Shown: positions 49,664 through 60,581 of the stretch, one piece after another
How positions within the stretch are numbered: the stretch's first letter is position 1
Layout of the letters: every line of letters starts with the position of its first letter
NCBI GenBank assembly: GCA_004560375.1
Contig: SFVC01000012.1
Coordinates: 9,542-73,541 of the forward strand
Direction: 5' to 3'
Length of the DNA stretch: 64,000 nt
From: a bacterium
GTDB taxonomy: Bacteria > Bacillota > Clostridia > Oscillospirales > Oscillospiraceae
Position numbers and translations under genes: made by a program
The notes under the pieces: generated by a model
The model's database searches: none
Told to the model about the DNA's origin: nothing
The model's input: only the letters and a program-made list of their open reading frames with translations

Positions 49664-51256
49664 ATGAAGAAACTGACCGCAATCCTGCTGTCCCTGGTGC
49701 TGGCGCTGTCCCTGGCGGTGCCCGCCTTCGCCGACGGACCCGACGGCCCCCCCGCGCCGGAGGACGTCATCCCCATCAGCGGCGTTCTGGACGGCCTGCC
49801 TGGCGGCATCATCGGCGGCGCGGACGGGCCCACCGCGATCATCCCCGGCGGGATCGCCGACCCCGACGCCTTCAAGACCGCTCTGGGCGGCGTGCCCGGG
49901 CAGATCGGCGTGATGGTGAACGGGGCCTATGTGAAGTTCCCCGACGCCGCCCCTGAGATCTCCAGCAGCCGCACCATGATCCCTGTCCGGGCGCTGGTGG
50001 AGACCCTGGGCGGCGAGGTGGGCTACCAGGATCGGGTGGTGACCTTCACGCTGGACGGCACTGCCTATGAGTTTACCATCGGCAGTGCCGCCGTGAAGGT
50101 GAGCTCCACCGGGGAGGACGGCGAGAAGCTGCCCGACATCACCATGGACTGCGCCCCCTACATCAAGGGCGGCCGCACCTACGTCCCCATCCGCTTCCTC
50201 AGCGAGGCCCTGGGCTATGAGGTGGGCTGGGACGGCGACTTCCAGACCGCCGTGCTGCTGGATCGGGCGGCGCTGGCGGCGGAGATCGACAAGGACTTCA
50301 CCATCCTCAACAAGGTGCAGGCCAATCAGGGCGTGGCCATGGAGGAGGGCAAGAACTACCAGGCCGACGTGAAGGGGAACCTGACCGTCACCGCCTTCGA
50401 CACCATCAACGGCAACAAGACCTACACCGCCGACCTGGCCGCCAAGCAGATCTTCAACACGGAGGCGGCCAACGCCCAGGTGTCCCTGAAGCTGTCCGAC
50501 AACGTGAAGGACGAGCTGGTGAAGCTGCTGATCAGCGCCAACGCCCCCGAGGGGGACACCGCCGCTGTGAACGAGCAGGTTGGGCTGCTGCTGGACGGCC
50601 TGGAGGACATGGAGATCATCCTGACCCGGAAGGGGCTGGGCTGGTTCCGGATGGCCTCTCTGGATAAGCTGGCCGGGGCGGACAACGTGTGGCTGGGCCT
50701 GGATCTGGGCGCTGAGCTGGGCGAGCTGGCCTTTGCCCAGACCGGGGAGGCCACCGTGGGCTTCGCCCTGACGGGTGTGCTGGACGAGAACTCCGTGATC
50801 AGCGTGGCCGCCCTGGACTACACGGTGGAAATGATGGCCGTCCTCTACGGGGACGACACCTTTACCACCACCGGCGGCGTGTCCACCCGCACCATCGGCG
50901 TGGACGACCTGATGGCGCTGTACGAGGATCTGGATCTCAGCGCCGACGACCTGGAGGAGGCCAAGGCCGCCTTCAAGGAGTACCAGATCACCATGAAGGT
51001 GGACAGCAAGGGTGGGGCTGACGTGACCTGCACCGTGGAGACCGCGGCCCAGGCCGGCGTGCCCGCCATCAAGCTCACCATGGACGCCAAGCAGGCCGGC
51101 GGGAACGCCACCCTGAACATGAGCCTCCACGTGGCCAATCTGTGCGAGGGCAAGCTGACCCTCACCCAGACCTGGGGCGCCACCACCCAGACCCCCGAGG
51201 ATCAGCCCCCCGAGGGCTCCACCGTGGTGGACGCCGGGGCGCTGCTGAATCCCTGA
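49664..51256 (+). CDS. Secreted protein with copper-amine-oxidase N-terminal-like domain, paralog 2
   Basis: Colinear with paralog 1 (same signal peptide, domain and PEDQPPEGSTVVDAG end); duplicated RBS region. Confidence 0.8.
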   Translation: MKKLTAILLSLVLALSLAVPAFADGPDGPPAPEDVIPISGVLDGLPGGIIGGADGPTAIIPGGIADPDAFKTALGGVPGQIGVMVNGAYVKFPDAAPEISSSRTMIPVRALVETLGGEVGYQDRVVTFTLDGTAYEFTIGSAAVKVSSTGEDGEKLPDITMDCAPYIKGGRTYVPIRFLSEALGYEVGWDGDFQTAVLLDRAALAAEIDKDFTILNKVQANQGVAMEEGKNYQADVKGNLTVTAFDTINGNKTYTADLAAKQIFNTEAANAQVSLKLSDNVKDELVKLLISANAPEGDTAAVNEQVGLLLDGLEDMEIILTRKGLGWFRMASLDKLAGADNVWLGLDLGAELGELAFAQTGEATVGFALTGVLDENSVISVAALDYTVEMMAVLYGDDTFTTTGGVSTRTIGVDDLMALYEDLDLSADDLEEAKAAFKEYQITMKVDSKGGADVTCTVETAAQAGVPAIKLTMDAKQAGGNATLNMSLHVANLCEGKLTLTQTWGATTQTPEDQPPEGSTVVDAGALLNP

Positions 51257-51319
51257 GTCATACAAAGCCCTCCCCCCATGAAGGGGGGAGGGCGTCCAAA
51301 AGGAAAGGCGTGATCTCCC

Positions 51320-52768
51320 ATGGGTGCGAAGCTCAAACGGAACTGGCCAGCGGCGGCGCTCCTGGGGGCGCTGCTGCTGTCGATGATCCCCATCCTGCTG
51401 GTGGGGGACTGCGCCCACCCCTACGGGGACGACTACGCCTTCTCCGAGTGGATCCACCACGCGGCAGCGGACGGGCGCACCCCCCTCACCGCCCTGCTCA
51501 ACACCGTCAAACGCTACTACTTCGGCTGGCAGGGCACCTACGCCGGGACGGCGGTGATGGCCCTCCAGCCGGGGCTGATCTCCGAGGGGGCCTACGCCCT
51601 CACCCCTGTGGTGATGCTGTCCGCCCTGATCCTGTCCGCCCTGGCCCTGTCCCACACCCTGCTGCGGCGGTGGCTGGGGCAGAGCCGGGGGGTGTGGCTG
51701 GCCTTTACGGCGGGGCTGCTGCTGGTGACCATCCAGTTCCAGCCCAACGCCCACCAGGCCTTTTTCTGGTGGAACGGCGCCGCCTACTACACCCTGTTCT
51801 ACTGCTTCACCCTGCTGCTGGCCTCCTGCCTGATCCGGCTCCAGCTCAACCCCGGGAGGCCGATGCTGTGGCTGGGGTTGGCGGTGGTGCTGGCGGCGGT
51901 TATCGGCGGGGGGAACTACGTCTCCGGCCTGTTCGCCTGCCTGCTGACGGCGGGCTTCATTCTCCTGACCCTCATCCGGGACAGAAAAGCGGTCTGGCGG
52001 CCCATTTTGGTGGAGCTGGTGCTGGTGACGGGCTTCCTCATCAACGCCTTGGCCCCGGGCAACAGTGTGCGTCAGGCCGCCCACGCCGGGATGAGCCCCC
52101 CGAAAGCCGTTTTCTTCTCCGTTGGCCTGGCGGGGGTGGACACGCTGCGCTGGTTCAACCTGCCCACCCTGGCGCTGCTGATCTTCCTGATCCCCCTGCT
52201 GTGGCGGGCGGCGGGAGGGACGGATTTTTCCTTCCCCCTGCCGGGAGCGGCCACGGTTGTGCTGTTCCTGGCCCTGGCCTGCCAGAACGCCCCCCATCTC
52301 TACGCCCTGGCCGCCCCCGGGCCGGGACGGCTGCGGAATATCGTCTATGACAGCTACCTCTGGCTGGCCATCCTGTGCCTGGGTTACTGGCTGGGCTGGC
52401 TGCGCCGCCGGATGGAACGGCAGGGGCGCACCCCTCCGCCCCGGCTGGGCCGGGGACTGGCCGCCCTGGGGCTGGCCCTGGGCTGCATCGGCTTTGCCCT
52501 CACCCTCCCCAATACCACGTCGGGCCAGTGCGTCCGGGCGCTGGCGGACGGCTCCGCCCGGGCCTATGACGCCACCATCCTGACGTGGGATCGGATCCTG
52601 TCCGACCCCGATTCCGGGCCGGACGTGGTGGTGGACGCCCTGCCCGTTCGCCCGCCCCTGCTGTACGCCTTCAACCTGGAGGAGAACCCGGAGAACTTCG
52701 CCAACATCACCTGCGCCAACTACTACGGCAAGAACACCGTGCGCGCCCTGCCCCCAAACCAACAGTAA
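51320..52768 (+). CDS. Polytopic membrane protein, GT-C/GtrII-like surface-polymer modification candidate
   Basis: About 10-11 hydrophobic segments; HPYGDDY, YFGWQG, FWWNGAAYY, APGNSVR. Confidence 0.65.
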   Translation: MGAKLKRNWPAAALLGALLLSMIPILLVGDCAHPYGDDYAFSEWIHHAAADGRTPLTALLNTVKRYYFGWQGTYAGTAVMALQPGLISEGAYALTPVVMLSALILSALALSHTLLRRWLGQSRGVWLAFTAGLLLVTIQFQPNAHQAFFWWNGAAYYTLFYCFTLLLASCLIRLQLNPGRPMLWLGLAVVLAAVIGGGNYVSGLFACLLTAGFILLTLIRDRKAVWRPILVELVLVTGFLINALAPGNSVRQAAHAGMSPPKAVFFSVGLAGVDTLRWFNLPTLALLIFLIPLLWRAAGGTDFSFPLPGAATVVLFLALACQNAPHLYALAAPGPGRLRNIVYDSYLWLAILCLGYWLGWLRRRMERQGRTPPPRLGRGLAALGLALGCIGFALTLPNTTSGQCVRALADGSARAYDATILTWDRILSDPDSGPDVVVDALPVRPPLLYAFNLEENPENFANITCANYYGKNTVRALPPNQQ

Positions 52769-52780
52769 GGACTGATCCCA

Positions 52781-55033
52781 TTGGCCAAGAAGAAAACCCC
52801 GGAACAGAAGGGGCCCAAAAAGGTGGACAACCCCAACGTCCTGGGCCTGCGGGCCCAGGTGCTGGAGCAGCCCATCACCGAGACGCTGGAGCTCAACTAT
52901 ATGCCCTACGCCATGTCCGTCATCGTCTCCCGGGCCATCCCGGAGATCGACGGCTTCAAGCCCTCCCACCGGAAGCTGCTGTACACCATGTACCAGATGA
53001 AGCTGCTGGGGGGGAGCCGCACCAAGTCCGCCAACGTGGTGGGGGCCACCATGAAGCTCAACCCCCACGGGGACGCCGCCATCTACGACACCATGGTGCG
53101 CCTGTCCCGGGGCTACGGGGCGCTGCTCCACCCCCTGGTGGACTCCAAGGGCAACTTCGGCAAGGTGTACTCCCGGGACATGGCCTGGGCCGCTTCCCGA
53201 TATACGGAGGTGCGCCTTGACCCCATCTGCCAGGAGCTGTTCCGGGACATCGACCAGGACGCGGTGGACTTCGTGCCCAACTACGACGGCAAGCTCACCG
53301 AGCCCACCCTGCTGCCCACCACCTTCCCCAACGTGCTGGTGTCCGCCAACCAGGGCATTGCCGTCAGCATGGCGTCCAACCTGTGCGGCTTCAACCTGGG
53401 CGAGGTGTGCGACGCGGCCATCGCCTGTATGAAGAACCCCGGGGTGGATCTGCTGGGCATTTTGAAGGCCCCGGACTTCTCCACCGGCGGAGAGCTGCTG
53501 TACGACGCCACCGGGCTGGCGGAGATCTACCGCACGGGCCGGGGGCCCGTCAAGCTGCGGGCCAAGTGGCGGTACAGCAAGGCGGACAACGTCATCGAGA
53601 TCTACGAGATCCCCTACTCCACCACCGTGGAGGCCATCCTGGACAAGGTGGCCGAGCTGGTGAAGGGGGGCAAAATCCGGGAGATCGCCGATATGCGGGA
53701 CGAGACGGATCTGAACGGCCTGAAGCTGGCCATCGACCTGAAGCGGGGGACGGATCCGGAAAAGCTGATGGCCCGCCTGTTCCAGGCCACCCCCCTCCAG
53801 GATACCTTCTCCTGCAACTTCAACATCCTCATCGCCGGGGTGCCCCGGGTGATGGGGGTGGGCGAGATTTTAGAGGAGTGGATCGCCTGGCGGATGGACG
53901 GGGTGCGGCGGCGCACCTGGCACGTCTGCAAGAAGAAGGAGGAGAAGCTCCACCTCCTGAAGGGCTTGAAGCGCATCCTGCTGGACATCGACAAGGCCAT
54001 CCGCATCATCCGGGAGACGGAGGAGGAGGCCGAGGTGGTGCCCAACCTGATCATCGGCTTCGGCATCGACCAGATCCAGGCGGAGTACGTGGCGGATATC
54101 CGGCTGCGGAACATCAACAAGGAGTATATCCTGAAGCGGACGGAGGAGACCGCCTCCCTGGAGGACGAGATCGCCGACCTGAAGGAGATCATCAACTCCC
54201 CCGACCGGATCAAGCGGATCATCACCGAGGAGCTGCAAAACGTCAAGAAGAAGTACGCCGTCCCCCGGCGCACCGAGATCGTCTACGAGTACCAGCAGGC
54301 GGTGGAGGTGCAGGCCGCGGCAGCGGAGGAGATCCCCGCCTACCCGGTGAACGTGTTCATCTCCAAGGAGGGGTACTTCAAGAAGATCACCCCCCAGTCC
54401 CTCCGCATGAGCGGCGAGCAGAAGTACAAGGAGGGGGACGGCCCCTACCTCCAGTGGGAGGGGGCCAACGGGGACGAGCTGCTGGTGTTCACCGACAAGC
54501 AGCAGTGCTACAAGACCCGCCTCAGCGACTTCGACGACGCCAAGGCCAGCGTGCTGGGCGACTACCTGCCTGCCAAGCTGGGCATGGATCCGGAGGAGAA
54601 GTTCGTGTGGGCCTGCGCCCCGGGGGACTACTCCGCCCATGTGCTGTTCTTCTTCGACAACGGCAAGGCCGCCCGGGTGGAGCTGTCCGCCTACCAGACC
54701 CAGACCCGGCGGCGGAAGCTCACCGGGGCCTACTGCGACAAGTTCCCCCTGGTGTCCGCCTGCCTGCTGGCGGAGGATCAGGAGATGGCGGTGGGCAGCA
54801 GCGACGGGCGGTGCGTGGTGTTCCACACCGCCTCCCTCACCCCCAAGACCACCCGGAGCACCCAGGGGGTGGGCGTCATGGCGGTGAAGGCCCGGCACAA
54901 GGTGGAGTGGGCCAAGCCCCTGTCCGCCACCCCCATCGTCAACGCCGCCCGCTACCGGGCCCGATCCCTGCCCGCCGCCGGGGCCCTCCTCAAGGAGGAG
55001 GACCGGGGGGAGGAGCAGCTGTCTCTTCTGTAA
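52781..55033 (+). CDS. Type IIA topoisomerase subunit A (ParC/GyrA family)
   Basis: RAIPEIDGFKPSHR, PHGD, ASRYTE (catalytic Tyr), APDFSTGG; 750 aa with a short C-terminal domain. Confidence 0.9.
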   Translation: MAKKKTPEQKGPKKVDNPNVLGLRAQVLEQPITETLELNYMPYAMSVIVSRAIPEIDGFKPSHRKLLYTMYQMKLLGGSRTKSANVVGATMKLNPHGDAAIYDTMVRLSRGYGALLHPLVDSKGNFGKVYSRDMAWAASRYTEVRLDPICQELFRDIDQDAVDFVPNYDGKLTEPTLLPTTFPNVLVSANQGIAVSMASNLCGFNLGEVCDAAIACMKNPGVDLLGILKAPDFSTGGELLYDATGLAEIYRTGRGPVKLRAKWRYSKADNVIEIYEIPYSTTVEAILDKVAELVKGGKIREIADMRDETDLNGLKLAIDLKRGTDPEKLMARLFQATPLQDTFSCNFNILIAGVPRVMGVGEILEEWIAWRMDGVRRRTWHVCKKKEEKLHLLKGLKRILLDIDKAIRIIRETEEEAEVVPNLIIGFGIDQIQAEYVADIRLRNINKEYILKRTEETASLEDEIADLKEIINSPDRIKRIITEELQNVKKKYAVPRRTEIVYEYQQAVEVQAAAAEEIPAYPVNVFISKEGYFKKITPQSLRMSGEQKYKEGDGPYLQWEGANGDELLVFTDKQQCYKTRLSDFDDAKASVLGDYLPAKLGMDPEEKFVWACAPGDYSAHVLFFFDNGKAARVELSAYQTQTRRRKLTGAYCDKFPLVSACLLAEDQEMAVGSSDGRCVVFHTASLTPKTTRSTQGVGVMAVKARHKVEWAKPLSATPIVNAARYRARSLPAAGALLKEEDRGEEQLSLL

Positions 55034-55108
55034 TCGGGACACCGCCCGCCCTCCGAGCGGGGGCGCTCCCGCCCCGCAGGATCCCATCATTGGAAAGAAG
55101 GCCGCCCT

Positions 55109-55975
55109 ATGGCAACTGTGAAAAAGAACCTGATCCCCTTTTTGGTGATCACCCTGGCCTCCGCCGTCTACGCCCTGGGCTTCGTCTGGTGCTACGCTCC
55201 CAACGGCATCGCCTTCGGCGGCGTCACCGGCGTGGCCCAGATCCTCAACTACCTGGCGCCCGTCCTGCCCGTGGGCGTCACCGTCATTGTGCTCAACATC
55301 CCTCTGTTCCTGCTGGGGTGGAAGCTCATCGGCGGGCGGCTGCTGGTGTCGTCGCTGTACGCCATGTTCCTCTCCTCGGTGTTCATCGACGTGCTCACCC
55401 CGCTGTATGATTGGCAGCCCATGGATCCCATGCTGGCCAGCATCTTCGGCGGGGTGCTGATGGGGCTGTCCCTGGGGCTGGTGTTCCAGCGGGGGGCCAC
55501 CACCGGCGGCACCGATCTGCTGGCCCGGCTGTTGAAGCTGAAGCTGGCGTGGCTGCCCATGGGCAAGCTGTTGATGGGCATTGATCTGGCGGTGATCGTG
55601 CTGGTGGCCGCCGCGTTCGGCACGCTGAAGGCCGCCCTGTACGGGCTGGTGGCGCTGTACATCAGCTCCATCGTCATGGACGGGGTGTTGTACGGCATGG
55701 ATACCGCCAAGGTGGCCTACATCATCAGCGACCGGAACGAGGAGATCTCCGAGGCCATTTTCCAGGGGCTGGATCGGGGGGTGACTATCCTCCACGGCCA
55801 GGGGGCCTATACGGGGAAGGAAAAGGACGTGCTGATGTGCGCCTTCAAGCAGCGGGAGATCACCGCCATCAAGGCGGCGGTGAAGGAGGTAGACCCGGAG
55901 GCCTTCCTCATCGTGTGCGACGCCCATGATGTGCTGGGCGCTGGGTTCAAGGAGTACAAGAAGGACGACATTTGA
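55109..55975 (+). CDS. YitT-family membrane protein
   Basis: GGVTGVAQ, NIPLF, GATTGGTD, RGVTIL, DPEAF. Confidence 0.88.
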   Translation: MATVKKNLIPFLVITLASAVYALGFVWCYAPNGIAFGGVTGVAQILNYLAPVLPVGVTVIVLNIPLFLLGWKLIGGRLLVSSLYAMFLSSVFIDVLTPLYDWQPMDPMLASIFGGVLMGLSLGLVFQRGATTGGTDLLARLLKLKLAWLPMGKLLMGIDLAVIVLVAAAFGTLKAALYGLVALYISSIVMDGVLYGMDTAKVAYIISDRNEEISEAIFQGLDRGVTILHGQGAYTGKEKDVLMCAFKQREITAIKAAVKEVDPEAFLIVCDAHDVLGAGFKEYKKDDI

Positions 55976-55996
55976 CGCCGGAGGGGGGGACGCCTG

Positions 55997-57154
55997 GTGA
56001 AAAAAAAGATCCTGGCCCTGCTGCTGTGCCTGGGCCTGCTGCCTCTGGGCGGCTGCGCCGCCATGCTGGAGCGGGGCCACGTGTCCTCCACCGACCATGA
56101 GGACTACGCCGTGGAGAGCGAGGACGAGTCCATCCTCCGGGCGGAGAGCTATGCGGGGCTGGTGAACTCCATGCTGTACGTGGTGGACGGGCACCGGGGG
56201 GGCGGCACCATCCGGCTGTACAACTACGCCGGGGACGTGGAGGCGGATCTGGCCGCCGCCCGGGAGGCGGTGCTCCAGACGCCGGTGGGGGCCTACGCCG
56301 TGGGGACGCTGGAGCTGGACAGCACCCGGATCCTCACCTACTACGAGGTGAAGCTCACCATCCGCTACACCCGCACCGCCCGGGAGGTGGAGGATCTGCC
56401 GGAGGTCACCGGACTTTCCGGGGTGCGGCAGGAGCTGGAGCGGCTGGTGGCCGAGGGGGGGCGGAATGCCACCTTCCTGGCGTCCTATTTCACCGGGGAC
56501 AAAGCGCTGGTGGAGCAGCTGGTGAACCTGGCCTGTTACGGCGACCCCGGGCTGTACTGGCACCACCACAGCATCGGCTTTGGAGGGGAACGGGAGCCAT
56601 CGGGCGGGATCGCGGTCTCCCTCTACCCGGAGACGGGGGCCCGCCGGATCATCGAGGTGGAGCTGGATGTGCCCTACGCCGCCAAAACGGATGAGGAGGC
56701 CTATACCGACCGGATGGAGGCGGCGTCCTCCGCCCTGCTGGAGGAGCACCCCCCCGCCGGGGAGGGCTACACGGTGGAGGAGCTGGCCGCCCTCGTCCGA
56801 ACCGCCGCCGTGACCTGGGAGGAGGAGGGCTCCGACCTGGCGCTGGACGCGCTGTCCGGGGCGGGGGCCTCCGACTTCGGCCTGCTGATGGCCATGGAGC
56901 ACCTGTGCCGCCAGTGCGGGATTGGGGTGGAGCCGGTGGACGGCGGCCAGGGCCTGTGGCTCATTGTGAACACCCCCCAGGGCAGCCGGCATCTGCTGCC
57001 CCAGTCCCTGCGGCCCGTCCCGCCGCGGTCGGACGGGGAGGAGCGGCCGGAGCCGGAGTTCCGCCTGTACACCGACCGGGAGCTGACGGAGCTGGGCTAT
57101 GAGTGGGCCACGTCGCTGTACCCGGTGTGCCTGGATACGGGGACGGGGGGATAG
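55997..57154 (+). CDS. Hypothetical lipoprotein
   Basis: GTG start, lipobox LGGC. Confidence 0.7.
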   Translation: MKKKILALLLCLGLLPLGGCAAMLERGHVSSTDHEDYAVESEDESILRAESYAGLVNSMLYVVDGHRGGGTIRLYNYAGDVEADLAAAREAVLQTPVGAYAVGTLELDSTRILTYYEVKLTIRYTRTAREVEDLPEVTGLSGVRQELERLVAEGGRNATFLASYFTGDKALVEQLVNLACYGDPGLYWHHHSIGFGGEREPSGGIAVSLYPETGARRIIEVELDVPYAAKTDEEAYTDRMEAASSALLEEHPPAGEGYTVEELAALVRTAAVTWEEEGSDLALDALSGAGASDFGLLMAMEHLCRQCGIGVEPVDGGQGLWLIVNTPQGSRHLLPQSLRPVPPRSDGEERPEPEFRLYTDRELTELGYEWATSLYPVCLDTGTGG

Positions 57155-57253
57155 ATCAGATTGCCTGTTGCTTTTCTGCGGGAAAACGGATATAATGAAT
57201 GGGTTCCGGCCAGGCCCGGAACCCATTCAAATTTTTACCGAGGAGTGACAGAC

Positions 57254-58939
<1,686 letters not shown>

Positions 58940-58988
58940 TCAGAATCGAAAAACAGCCCGGGCGGAGCGCAAACCCTCCGTCCGGGCT

Positions 58989-59702
58989 TTATTCTGTCAG
59001 CGCCTCCCGCAGGTGGGCCACCGCCCGGCGCTCGATGCGGGACACCTGCACCTGGCTTACGCCGAGCACCTTGGACACCCTGTCCTGGGTCAGGTTCTTG
59101 TAGAACCGAAGCAGGATCACCATCCGCTCCCGCTCCGGCAGGTTGTCGATGGCGTGGCGCAGGGCCAGCTTTTCCACCAGCTCGTCCTCAATGCCCTCGT
59201 CGCCCAGCACCGCCTCCAGGGAGAAGCCGCCCTCCCCCGTCTCCTCCTGGAGGGAGGCCACCGACAGCACCGCCGTGTCCGCCGCGGCGATCTCCTCCGG
59301 CTCCAGCCCGGTGGCGGCGGCCAGCTCGCCCACCGTGGGCTCCCGGCCCAGCCGCTGGGTCAGCTCCTGCCGCCGCTGGCGCAGGGCCATGGCCCGCTCC
59401 TTCGTCCCCCGGCTCACCTTCACCGCCCCGTCGTCCCGGAGGAAGCGGCGGATCTCCCCGGCGATCTTGGGCACGGCGTAGGTGGAGAACTGGGTGCCGT
59501 AGGCGGCGTCAAACCCCCGGATGGCCTTCAAAAACCCCAGACAGCCCAGCTGGTACAGATCCTCCGGATCCACCCCCCGGCCGTAGTACCGCCGGGCCAC
59601 CGACCAGATCAGGCCGCTGTTGTCCAGCAGCAGCCGCTCGCAGGCGTCGTTGTCGCCGGCCTTGGCGGCCTCCAGCAGGGCGGGGGCGTCCAGCCCCCTC
59701 AC
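58989..59702 (-). CDS. sigF: Forespore sigma factor F
   Basis: EDLYQLG, FSTYAVP, GEIRRFLRDDG, SQVQVSR; third gene of a spoIIA-type operon. Confidence 0.85.
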   Translation of the reverse strand: MRGLDAPALLEAAKAGDNDACERLLLDNSGLIWSVARRYYGRGVDPEDLYQLGCLGFLKAIRGFDAAYGTQFSTYAVPKIAGEIRRFLRDDGAVKVSRGTKERAMALRQRRQELTQRLGREPTVGELAAATGLEPEEIAAADTAVLSVASLQEETGEGGFSLEAVLGDEGIEDELVEKLALRHAIDNLPERERMVILLRFYKNLTQDRVSKVLGVSQVQVSRIERRAVAHLREALTE

Positions 59703-60142
59703 CGGGCTCCGCCCGCCCGGGGGGCCAGGCGTTTCCGCATGGTGACGGTGGTGCCCTTCCCGGGCAGGGAGCGTACCTTCAGCTTGTCCATAAAGCTCTC
59801 CATGATGGTGAAGCCCATGCCGGAGCGCTCCTCGCCGCCGGTGGTGTAGAGGGGGGTGCGGGCCTTGTCCACGTCGGGGATGCCCACGCCGGAGTCCTTC
59901 ACCTGGAGCTCCAGCCAGCCCTCCTCGTAGCGCCGCAGGCGCAGGGTGATCTTGCCCAGCCGGTCGGGGTAGGCGTGGACGATGGCGTTGGTGACCGCCT
60001 CGGACACGGCGGTTTTGATGTCCGCCACCTCGTCCAGGGTGGGGTCAAGCTGGGCGGCGAAGCAGGCCGCGCAGGCCCGGGCAAAGCCCTCGTTGGCGGA
60101 GCGGGAGGTGAAGGTGATGGTCACCTGATCCGTAGCTTTCAT
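59699..60142 (-). CDS. spoIIAB: Anti-sigma F kinase
   Basis: NEGFAR, KTAVSEAVTNAIVHAY, DSGVGI, ERSGMGFTIMESFMD. Confidence 0.93.
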   Translation of the reverse strand: MKATDQVTITFTSRSANEGFARACAACFAAQLDPTLDEVADIKTAVSEAVTNAIVHAYPDRLGKITLRLRRYEEGWLELQVKDSGVGIPDVDKARTPLYTTGGEERSGMGFTIMESFMDKLKVRSLPGKGTTVTMRKRLAPRAGGAR

Positions 60143-60157
60143 CTTATGTAGCCCTCC

Positions 60158-60463
60158 TTATTCAAATGGGATCAGCCGGCCTACCCCGGCGGCGTCCAGC
60201 ACCCGGCGGGCCTGGGCGGGGATATGAGAGGCCCGCAGGGCGCCCCCGTGCCGCTCCATCTGCCGCAGGGCCCGGAGGAGCACGGCGATGCCCGAGCTGT
60301 CCATGAACGTGACGCCGGACAGATCCAGGGTGAGCCGGGAGGGCAGGCGCTCCGCGATGGCCTCGTCCAGCTGGGCCATCATGTCCCGGGCGGCGTGGTG
60401 GTCGATCTCGCCGGACAGGGCGATGGTGAGGCCGCTGTCCCGGCCGGTGATGGTGATGGGCAT
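60158..60463 (-). CDS. spoIIAA: Anti-anti-sigma F (STAS domain)
   Basis: GEIDHH, FMDSSGI phospho-acceptor motif. Confidence 0.9.
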   Translation of the reverse strand: MPITITGRDSGLTIALSGEIDHHAARDMMAQLDEAIAERLPSRLTLDLSGVTFMDSSGIAVLLRALRQMERHGGALRASHIPAQARRVLDAAGVGRLIPFE

Positions 60464-60581
60464 GGCTTGTCCCTTCCTTGCGTCAAAAATAAGCGCGGTA
60501 CGGGATTGTCCCGTATCGCGCTTATTATAGTATACCCCGTTGGGCGGATTTTGTTGAAGGGGAAACCAGAAACTGGAAAAT

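Noticed and set aside
58989..60463. Direct functional link between the spoIIA operon and the phage-like cluster
   Set aside because: They are 15 kb apart with unrelated housekeeping genes between, and I found no sporulation promoter in front of the cluster.
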